From positions 1 through 64,000 of the IMG/VR virus record IMGVR_UViG_3300021962_000073: a DNA stretch of 64,000 nt. One strand, given 5' to 3'. The DNA comes from a virus. Below the pieces are notes generated by a model, which saw only the letters and a list, made by a program, of their open reading frames with translations, did not search any database and had not been told where the DNA came from. This document shows, piece by piece, positions 10,603 through 17,932 of the stretch. Numbering within the stretch: the stretch's first letter is position 1; each line of letters starts with the position of its first letter. The position numbers and the translations under genes were made by a program.

Positions 10603-10850
10603 TGAACGAACGAGTTAAAGAACTAGCACTAGAAGTGTTTAGTTTCAAATACAAGACTGATCCGAATGAACTGAATCCAGGGCATCATATGGATCATTTG
10701 CATAAATTCGCTGAGTTGATTTTGAAGGATGTATTCAATCGATTCGGTGATGAAATTTTGAGTCTACACTATCTTGAACAGGGGTGTTGCGAAGATTCGG
10801 TGCATTTGTTAAAATCAAAGATTCAAGAACATTTTGGAATAAAAGAATGA
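10602..10850 (+). CDS. paralog family member 5
   Basis: MNERVKELA..KFAELILKD..EHFGIKE. Confidence 0.65.
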   Translation: MNERVKELALEVFSFKYKTDPNELNPGHHMDHLHKFAELILKDVFNRFGDEILSLHYLEQGCCEDSVHLLKSKIQEHFGIKE

Positions 10851-11394
10851 GTAAATCAATTACACTAAACCGTGAACAAGTACAAAAACTCTATGAGATT
10901 GTAAATCACTTCAAAGAAATCAATCATTTTGTTGTTGAAGCAGACAGTTCATCAGGTATTGGTGTTGGAATACAAGTGAGATTTGATTTGTTTCAAAAGA
11001 GTGATACAACAATTGATATTACTGATGTAAAGGAATGGTAATGAGCGAAGAACCAACAGCGTATAGGGATAAAGAGTGGTGGGAACATTATCCACTTCAT
11101 AAATGGTGGTGCAATGATTTATGCCCATTGGTGCCTCGGTGGCATTACCGAGAAGGTGATGAGTGGAACTCAAACAATTGGAGTGTTCATTGGTTGCTAT
11201 TCAATGTTTGGTCGATGGAACATTTTTCGTTTGGTGTAGATGCTGGTATTTCTCCTAATGAAGTCTATGTCGGTGCTATTCTACCTTACCTACGAATTAC
11301 GATTGGTGTGAGGCACGTTTATTGGCAATGGTCAATTAAACTCTCACGATTCCTGCAAAGAAAGCCTGCGATTAAGAAACCAAATTATGACTGA

Positions 11395-11451
11395 TGTTGC
11401 AAAAAAGCAACAATAAAAAACAGTTGACATTTTTTCCAGTTGATGTACAAT
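11395..11451 (+). promoter_or_regulatory. sigma70 promoter with TGTTG-N8-CAACA element
   Basis: palindrome 11395-11412, TTGACA 11424-11429, TACAAT 11446-11451. Confidence 0.8.
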
Positions 11452-13147
11452 CTATGAATACTTGATAAGGATTCTTATGAACTCGCGTGACTTGTCTAAT
11501 CTGAATTTTCTGATGACTGCAACACCCGAAACTCTTCTCGATTGGTACAATCAAGCATCCGAAGATGATATTCTCTATGCAACCGAACTTCTCAATGCAT
11601 ACGAAAATGAATTGAATGAAGATTCATTTGGCATTCTTGCACCTTCAACTAATACACTTCAGTAAGGAATAATCATGGGTTTGGACATGTATCTCAAAGG
11701 TAGTCGTTATATTTCTTCTTGGAAAGAAGGCGAAAAAGAACTTGGAGAAAAAATTGCTCAACTTGTTGGGCAAGAAGGAATGGCTGTAAATACTGTCGAA
11801 ATGGAAGTTGGATATTGGCGTAAAGCAAATGCGGTTCATCAATGGTTTGTGAAGAATGTCCAAAATGATGTAGACGATTGTAAATCATATTGGGTACCAC
11901 GAAAAAAGTTGCTCGAACTTCAAGATGTATGTAATCAAGTTCTAGCTGATGTTACACTCGCATCAAGTCTTCTTCCTACACAAGGAGGATTCTTTTTTGG
12001 TAATTTAGAGTATGATGAGTGGTACATGGAAAATCTAGAGATTACTCTACAAAATATACAAAAAGCATTAAGTCTTCCCGAAGAGTGGGATATCGAATAT
12101 CAAAGTTCATGGTGAAAAAAATGAGTAGACAAATTGATATTAGTGGTGAAATTGCAGATGGTATCACCGTTCTTAATTTGAAAGAACATCGAGATTACCT
12201 AGCAAAAGAACTTGAAGGATACGAAAACGGTCAATGGCTGCATCCTGATGATGTTATCATGAGCAAACAAACCGTATCAGCAATTCATGCTGTACTCGAA
12301 TATTTTGGGCACTAAAATGAGTAATGAAGAAGTTGATAAGGCTATGGAAGAATTGTCTGAAATGGGACAACGATTTCAAAAAGTTATTGATGCGATGGAG
12401 AAAGAGCAAGAAGAATATTGGAACTCTTTAACCAAAGAGCAACAACTAATGGCTTTTTGTGCAATCTCTCGACGTATCTACAATGGTGAGATTATACAAA
12501 AAGGATCTTATCGTTATGTGCTATATGATGTTTTTGGTTTTGGACCAGAATCATACATGCCCGCGCAAGTAGCAGGTTATCTCTCCATTCATAATGCAAT
12601 TTTTGATGCTGAACATGAGGCAGATTTGCTTAAAGCATTTGCAAAATTTCATGGGCTCGGTGAAGATGCTGTTGATAAATTTTATGAGATAGGTTCTAAA
12701 AAATGACTTCTAAAGAATTGATTGAAAAGTATCCTTTGATTTTTCAGATGCGTAAAGGGTGTGAACTCGAACCCTTTTCTATGTTTGGTATTGAATGTGG
12801 TAGTGGTTGGTTTCCTCTTTTGAATGCACTCTGCTACCAGATTCAATCGTATATTGATTTTCGTAAAAAAAGCAACGAACGAATCGAACAAAACAAGAAA
12901 AAGTATCCAGACTACGACCAAACTCCATATGAATTGATTCCTCAAGTTGTAGTGACTCAAGTAAAAGAAAAGTATGGCACTTTGCGATTCTACTATGATG
13001 GCGGCGATGAAACTATAGATGGCATGGTTCGTATGGCGGAGGCTATGAGTGCAATTACTTGTGAGACTTGCGGTAATCTAGGAAAAATGCGAGGCAGACA
13101 TTGGTTTTACACTGCTTGCGATGAACATACGAGAGCGGAAGACAAAG

Positions 13148-13207
13148 TGTTGCAAAAAAACAACGATGAATAAAAGTTCTTGACAATCGCTACAGCATCA
13201 GTATAAT
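13148..13207 (+). promoter_or_regulatory. sigma70 promoter with TGTTG-N8-CAAC element
   Basis: palindrome 13148-13165, TTGACA 13180-13185, TATAAT 13202-13207. Confidence 0.8.
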
Positions 13208-13822
13208 TACCAATGTGATGAATAACTTTCATGAGTTTGTAATGACTGAAGAAAATCTTTTCAATGTTGCTTTTGTTGTGGTTCTGATTGCTGCTGCTGT
13301 TGTCGGCTGTCTTGATCTTTTTGTCTGGAGGCTCTGATGAATCTCGATCAAATCAATTTTGAACTTTCTGACCTTGCTGACAATTCTCGCCAAGAAATTG
13401 TGGATCTCATGCATGAAGATATGATTCGTGAGATTGATGAATATTGGTTGAGTTATGTCTTCGATTATGAATCTGAATGGGATTTTTGAAATGACCCCAT
13501 TGATTGAACTTCGATGGGTTTGGCGAAACGATCCAAAAGAAAAAGTGTTGCAGTACAGGTATAAAATTGCTGAATCTGAAAATTACGTAACACACTGGAA
13601 AGACGTTCCTGTTGTTACTGAACAAGCGGAGAATGAAATTGGAAATGCGTGAAATTTTTGAGCAAGTTACTTTGGTGAATTTTGTTCCTGGTGAAATAGA
13701 TACAACTCGATTGGCTAATGGTCAGTATCGTAATCCTGTCATTGAGGATCACTGGCAGACATTCCAAGAAGGTTGGGAAGAAGGTATTAAGTGGTTTAAG
13801 CAGGCTGCAACGGAATATTGAT

Positions 13823-13881
13823 TGTTGCTAAAAAACAACAAACTCCTGACTGCTTGACATTTGGCTTGGCTTCTGTATAAT
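13823..13881 (+). promoter_or_regulatory. sigma70 promoter with TGTTG-N8-CAACA element
   Basis: palindrome 13823-13840, TTGACA 13854-13859, TATAAT 13876-13881. Confidence 0.8.
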
Positions 13882-14525
13882 CGATTACATGATGAATGAA
13901 ACGAAAAACTTCCCAGCCCTCTTCGATGAGATTTCTGCAATTTGTAATGCTTGGTTCTACAAGCCAGTAGAAGCTTTGCAATACATTGAAACTCATATTG
14001 AAGAATATGAAGGCACTCGGTGTCTTCGCGATTATTTTGAATTTGTTAAATTTGCAAAATCAGGAGTTTGATATGAACGTCGAAAATCAAATGAATGTCC
14101 GTCGTGAAGTTCAAAGTGTTGTTGATTTGTTCAACAAAGTTCATGACAAAAAATACAACGGATATGCCTACGGTGCTGGATATCTTGGCTCAATGTTGAG
14201 TGAAGTTATTTCGAATCTTCCTAAGCGTAAGCGAGAGGTCTATGTCAAGCAATTGATGCGTACAATTCAGGAAAATGTATGATGGCTTTTCTTAGCGCAC
14301 TTTTTTCTGTGATTTTGTGGAAGATGGCTCAAAAAGATTTTGAGAATGGAAGAAATGGCTCCGGATGGGCGGCTTTGTTTCTAAGCGCAGCCAACGGAGC
14401 CTGTGCTGCTCACCTAATTCTAAATTAGAGTCTAATTCCTCTTTGACGCAATCTTTCTTCGTAAGTCTTTGCTCTACCTTCGGCGATACCATTAAATACT
14501 ATCTTGATAATGTCTAGAATTTTTT

Positions 14526-14681
14526 TCATCGGGAAAATCCTTTTCTGTTGTGGTCAAGTTGACGAAGGATTCTCTCTACATCCACAATATCCTGAGCATA
14601 TTTGAAATGACATTCATTGAAAGTTTTTTCGTCATATTGTCTTATTTTTAGAGAGATATAATCTAAAATTTTCTTAATCAT
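14526..14681 (-). CDS. DUF3563-like small protein, probably late
   Basis: AQDIVDVERILRQLD motif; minus-strand TATAAATA ~14732-14739 upstream. Confidence 0.5.
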   Translation of the reverse strand: MIKKILDYISLKIRQYDEKTFNECHFKYAQDIVDVERILRQLDHNRKGFSR

Positions 14682-14998
14682 TTTTGACCTTTTGGGTTTA
14701 TTTTGTAATTGATGAGGTTTTGCCTCATTTGTATTTATATTGCACTGCAACAAAGGAATAAATAATGCACATTCAAGATGACGCATTGAAAGCCTTGTGG
14801 CAGGCTCTAAAGCTGTTAGAAAAAGCTGAAGCTAGCCACTATCTTTTATTAAGAATGCGTGAACTAATTTCTCTAGCTGAAGAAGAAATGGATGAATCTG
14901 ATGATTGATAAAATCAAGCGAAAGATCGCAAATTTGTACTACGATTACAATTTCAATTTTACATTCATCGAATGGATTTTTATTTTAGGAATTTTAAC

Positions 14999-15136
14999 AT
15001 GGTTACTAAGCGTCGCAATTCGGTAGCGAAGGATCTTCGTACACCTAAGTATAGTATGCGTGTGGTGCCGCTCGTAAAAATATACAATCGTAAAAAAGAG
15101 GAACGAAAGATGATTCGTGAACAGAGATATGAGTGA
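14999..15136 (+). CDS. 45-aa basic protein, possibly ArfA-like
   Basis: AGGA RBS; MVTKRRNSVAKDLRTPKYSMRVVPLVKIYNRKK; not in ORF track. Confidence 0.6.
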   Translation: MVTKRRNSVAKDLRTPKYSMRVVPLVKIYNRKKEERKMIREQRYE

Positions 15137-15476
15137 AAGAGAATATCTGGAAAAATGTGATGGATTAGCTTTTATTCCGGGTGAAGAGGGTGAGACTGAG
15201 ATTAGGTTCATGACATTTCATGAACCCATGAAAGGAAAAATTCAAGTATCAAGTTCTGGTGGTGTATACTATCATGTTTGTTTTTTGAAGTATGATGAAT
15301 CGGACAATTTAGTTTTCGATGATTCGTTTGATGCGATTTTTATGGACCCACTAGAATATATTAAAGGTCTGGTTGGTACGAATATTTACGGAACTATGAT
15401 CAAAAAGCGGGAAAATTCTGATGCTTGGTTTCAAAAATACTTGACAGAGATAAAAGAAAAAGTTAAACTATCTTAA
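15129..15476 (+). CDS. hypothetical protein
   Basis: coupled ORF. Confidence 0.55.
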   Translation: MSEREYLEKCDGLAFIPGEEGETEIRFMTFHEPMKGKIQVSSSGGVYYHVCFLKYDESDNLVFDDSFDAIFMDPLEYIKGLVGTNIYGTMIKKRENSDAWFQKYLTEIKEKVKLS

Positions 15477-15491
15477 ATTCGATATGGAGTC

Positions 15492-15797
15492 GTGATGAAA
15501 ATGATTGATAATGTTAATGCAAACACTTTCGCTGATCAAAAAGCTAGGGATTGGTTGGTTGGCGTTCTTCGTGAACAGGCTGTCACTGTTACTTTCACAA
15601 AACAAGATGGCACTGAACGTGTAATGAATTGTACCTTGTATGAAGGTGATATTCCTGTCGAACAAGCACCAAAAGGATCGAGTCGTTCTAAACCAACCGA
15701 AGCTCTTGCTGTTTTTGACATTGAAGCAAAAGGTTGGCGTTCATTTCGTTGGGATGCAATTAAAGAAGTTAAATTTACACTGGGTCAAGCAAAATGA
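15492..15797 (+). CDS. WYL-like SH3 beta-barrel protein
   Basis: VTFTKQDGTERVM.CTL...VFD....WRSFRWD. Confidence 0.7.
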   Translation: MMKMIDNVNANTFADQKARDWLVGVLREQAVTVTFTKQDGTERVMNCTLYEGDIPVEQAPKGSSRSKPTEALAVFDIEAKGWRSFRWDAIKEVKFTLGQAK

Positions 15798-16093
15798 AAA
15801 AGTACATTGTTGAAACTATTTCCACTTTTCGTAATGTTCATGTAATTGAAGCTGAGAATGAGGATCATCTTTTGCAAATTGCAGAAGAGTGTGATCCAAA
15901 TTGGGATGATTGGCTAGGTTCAATTAAGCATGATGTAACTGAATACTCTGAAGAAGCAATCTCAAAGTATAAGACACGAAAATATTTTTGGAATGGTTCC
16001 GTTTTTGTTGATGAAGAAGGATATGTTTGCTATCGAGATGTTGACGGAACAGTTCGAAAATCTAGCTCACATAAAATTGATTTAAACCCTTGA
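15794..16093 (+). CDS. hypothetical protein
   Basis: coupled ORF. Confidence 0.6.
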   Translation: MKKYIVETISTFRNVHVIEAENEDHLLQIAEECDPNWDDWLGSIKHDVTEYSEEAISKYKTRKYFWNGSVFVDEEGYVCYRDVDGTVRKSSSHKIDLNP

Positions 16094-16118
16094 CAAAGAG
16101 AAAAAAAGCATATATAGT
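16090..16118 (+). promoter_or_regulatory. sigma70 promoter of tRNA-array leader
   Basis: TTGACA 16090-16095, 17 nt, TATAGT 16113-16118; predicted +1 ~16125 equals the ATG. Confidence 0.75.
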
Positions 16119-16124
16119 ATTACT

Positions 16125-16241
16125 ATGATTAAAACCAAACATTATTTTAGACCCATAACACGATCAACATCGTGGCAGCCATCCTTTTATCTGGAGATTG
16201 GTAATGCCTGCGATAATAAGATTTTAGGGGTTTGTGTATAG
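16125..16241 (+). CDS. putative attenuator leader peptide (38 aa, all 20 amino acids)
   Basis: MIKTKHYFRPITRSTSWQPSFYLEIGNACDNKILGVCV*; last codons overlap antiterminator arm. Confidence 0.7.
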   Translation: MIKTKHYFRPITRSTSWQPSFYLEIGNACDNKILGVCV

Positions 16242-16272
16242 TTGTAGCATAGTAGAAATTCACACAAACCCC
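16227..16272 (+). promoter_or_regulatory. antiterminator helix
   Basis: GGGGTTTGTGT 16227-16237 perfectly complementary to ACACAAACCCC 16262-16272. Confidence 0.75.
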
Positions 16273-16300
16273 AGACACCAAAAGGTCTCTGGGGTTTTTT
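16266..16300 (+). terminator. intrinsic terminator (attenuator)
   Basis: AAACCCCAGA-c-ACC-AAAA-GGT-c-TCTGGGG followed by T6. Confidence 0.85.
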
Positions 16301-16309
16301 ATTAGTTGT

Positions 16310-16323
16310 TGTTCTTTAAAAAT
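16310..16323 (+). promoter_or_regulatory. boxA-like antitermination site
   Basis: TGTTCTTTAAAAAT vs rrn boxA TGCTCTTTAACAAT. Confidence 0.6.
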
Positions 16324-16335
16324 TTAGTTTTCTAT

Positions 16336-16409
16336 TGGGGTATGGTGAAATGGCATCACACTCGATTTTGATTCAAGTATTCTTGGTTCGATTCCAAGTA
16401 CCCCTGCCA
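16336..16409 (+). tRNA. tRNA-Gln(TTG)
   Basis: cloverleaf, loop TTTTGAT, TTCGATT, CCA. Confidence 0.9.
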
Positions 16410-16416
16410 AAATTTA

Positions 16417-16509
16417 GGAAGTGTGGCAGAGCCCGGTTTAATGCAATGCTCTTGAAAAGCATCGGACGTTAAAAGCGTTCCGTGAGTTCGAATCTCACCG
16501 CTTCCACCA
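16417..16509 (+). tRNA. tRNA-Ser(TGA)
   Basis: ATGCT-CTTGAAA-AGCAT, long variable arm, CCA. Confidence 0.92.
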
Positions 16510-16517
16510 AATTTAAT

Positions 16518-16609
16518 GGAAAGATGGATGAGTGGTTTAAATCGGCACCCTGCTAAGGTGTTGGTTTGCGAAAGCAGGCCCGTGGGTTCGAATCCCACTC
16601 TTTCCACCA
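16518..16609 (+). tRNA. tRNA-Ser(GCT)
   Basis: GCACC-CTGCTAA-GGTGT, long variable arm, CCA. Confidence 0.92.
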
Positions 16610-16615
16610 AACAAT

Positions 16616-16710
16616 GGTAGGTAGCACTGGTGTGCGGCTGAGTCTTATAAGCTCGGGAGATCGGTCAGATGGGCTGAAACGGAAGAGTTCGAATCTCTTA
16701 CCTACTACCA
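16616..16710 (+). tRNA. atypical tRNA with anticodon TAT (Ile?)
   Basis: CTGAGT-CTTATAA-GCTCGG, tiny D-loop, long variable arm, T-arm, CCA. Confidence 0.75.
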
Positions 16711-16717
16711 AATTCAT

Positions 16718-16795
16718 GCACAGGTGGCAGAGTGGCCCAATGCAAGAGTCTGCAAAACTCTAAAACCGTCGGTTCGAATCCGACCCTGTGCTCCA
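16718..16795 (+). tRNA. tRNA-Cys(GCA)
   Basis: AGAGT-CTGCAAA-ACTCT, U73, CCA. Confidence 0.92.
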
Positions 16796-16886
16796 GTTGT
16801 AAAAAAACAACAACAAAAAAGTTGTTGACATAGTTTGTGGAATCTGTATAATAGATTCTGTTGATGATGTAAATGCTCTTTAAAAA
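16795..16886 (+). promoter_or_regulatory. internal tRNA-array promoter with palindrome and boxA
   Basis: AGTTG-N8-CAACA 16795-16812, TTGACA 16825-16830, TATAAT 16847-16852, TGCTCTTTAAAAA 16874-16886. Confidence 0.8.
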
Positions 16887-16898
16887 CTGTTGTTCGAT

Positions 16899-16973
16899 GC
16901 ACCGTTCGTCTATCGGTTAGGACGCTAGCCTTTCACGCTGGAAAGACGAGTTCGATTCTCGTACGGTGTACCA
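16899..16973 (+). tRNA. tRNA-Glu(TTC)
   Basis: CTAGC-CTTTCAC-GCTGG, CCA. Confidence 0.92.
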
Positions 16974-17105
16974 TATTGAAACACACTTACACTGTGGCGC
17001 TTTGTCCGTCCCTGGTTTAAAACGGGATATCGCATAAACAGTTCAAGCCCCGGTCGCTCCGGTCTGCTGTGTAAAAGAGAGACGGTCGAGTGTGTTTCAA
17101 TATGG
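16971..17105 (+). ncRNA. unknown structured RNA 1 (closed by CCATATTGAA.../...TTCAATATGG)
   Basis: ~18-bp terminal stem CCATATTGAAACACACTT/GAGTGTGTTTCAATATGG, internal helices, no ORF. Confidence 0.6.
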
Positions 17106-17179
17106 GCCTATAGCTCAGAGGTCAGAGCAGTGAACTCATAATTCATTGGTCGTAGGTTCGAAACCTACTGGGCCCACCA
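17104..17179 (+). tRNA. tRNA(CAT), probably Ile2 (lysidine)
   Basis: GTGAA-CTCATAA-TTCAT, ileX-like body, CCA. Confidence 0.85.
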
Positions 17180-17185
17180 AAATTC

Positions 17186-17259
17186 GCGGGTATAACTTAG
17201 TGGTAAAGTAACTGGCTTTTAACCAGTAAATCCGAGTTCGATTCTCGGTGCCCGTACCA
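17186..17259 (+). tRNA. tRNA-Lys(TTT)
   Basis: ACTGG-CTTTTAA-CCAGT, CCA. Confidence 0.92.
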
Positions 17260-17264
17260 AATAT

Positions 17265-17351
17265 GGATGCGTAGCCAAATGGTTGACGGCAGCGGGCTGT
17301 AAACCCGTGACATAAGAAACGCTGGTGGTTCGAATCCATCCGCATCCACCA
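17265..17351 (+). tRNA. tRNA-Tyr(GTA)
   Basis: GCGGG-CTGTAAA-CCCGT, long variable region, CCA. Confidence 0.92.
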
Positions 17352-17360
17352 AGTTTAGAT

Positions 17361-17437
17361 GGGGGTCTAGCGAGTAACATCGCTCAGTCTTAAACGACAG
17401 CAAAAGAATGTCGAGAGGACATCCAATTGCGCCCCTT
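17361..17437 (+). ncRNA. unknown tRNA-sized structured RNA
   Basis: GGGG/CCCC closing stem, AGCGA/TCGCT, GTC/GAC, ATGTC/GACAT hairpins; no TTC loop or CCA. Confidence 0.45.
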
Positions 17438-17441
17438 AATC

Positions 17442-17516
17442 GGTTCCATAGTATATCGGCGAGTATAGCGCCCTGTCACGGCGCAGGAACGGGTTCGAGT
17501 CCCGTTGGGACCGCCA
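17442..17516 (+). tRNA. tRNA-Asp(GTC)
   Basis: GCGCC-CTGTCAC-GGCGC, CCA. Confidence 0.92.
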
Positions 17517-17522
17517 GAATGA

Positions 17523-17598
17523 TCCGGAGTAGCACAGCGGTAGTTGCAGCGCACTGTTAATGCGCCTGTCGTTGGTTCGATCCCAACCTCCGGAGCCA
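17523..17598 (+). tRNA. tRNA-Asn(GTT)
   Basis: GCGCA-CTGTTAA-TGCGC, CCA. Confidence 0.92.
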
Positions 17599-17600
17599 AA

Positions 17601-17677
17601 GCCCTCTTACTCCAATTGGTAGAGAGGACGGTCTTAGAAGCCGTAAAGTCTCAGTTCGAATCTGAGAGAGGGCACCA
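17601..17677 (+). tRNA. tRNA-Leu(TAG), short variable loop
   Basis: ACGGT-CTTAGAA-GCCGT, CCA. Confidence 0.85.
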
Positions 17678-17800
17678 TATTGAAATATTCTGAGTAGCTA
17701 CAGCGGAACAACTGATTGCTTGCCAATTCTAGACAAAGCAAGGATCAGCCGTGAAGAGGGGCTATCGCGGATTCAAGTGCCACAGAATGTTTCAATATGA
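17675..17800 (+). ncRNA. unknown structured RNA 2 (homolog of tmRNA intervening segment)
   Basis: terminal stem plus core aligning to 35624-35740 with compensatory changes. Confidence 0.75.
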
Positions 17801-17922
17801 CCATATTGAAGCGCATAATCGATAGTATACTCAGAACAGGAGTGACTGCCTGGTGCGTATACTTGTAGAGAGATGTAAAAAGGCCCCGCTGGTCACGGTT
17901 ATCTCAGTGCGTTTCAATATGG
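17801..17922 (+). ncRNA. unknown structured RNA 3
   Basis: CCATATTGAAGCGCAT/GTGCGTTTCAATATGG stem, AGTATAC/GTATACT, CAGG/CCTG, possible GTGAC/GTCAC pseudoknot. Confidence 0.6.
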
Positions 17923-17932
17923 TTCTGCAAAA

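Larger units (their letters stand above)
10847..14282 (+). other. further small hypothetical early genes (e.g. 10847-11041, 11041-11394, 11477-11665, 11675-12115, 12121-12315, 12317-12706, 12703-13173, 13645-13821, 13889-14071, 14073-14282)
   Basis: same-strand ORFs; 11675 has GLDMYL..YWRKAN.VH.WFV and 12703 has GWF.LL..QVKEKYGTLRFY, both typical phage motifs. Confidence 0.6.

Noticed and set aside
17361-17437. Possible ochre suppressor tRNA / stop-codon recoding
   Set aside because: No T-loop or CCA; core genes read normally in code 11 and end at standard stops.
16971-17922. Inverted-repeat units as MITEs or tRNA introns
   Set aside because: No target-site duplications or transposase, interiors are unrelated, and flanking tRNAs are complete.
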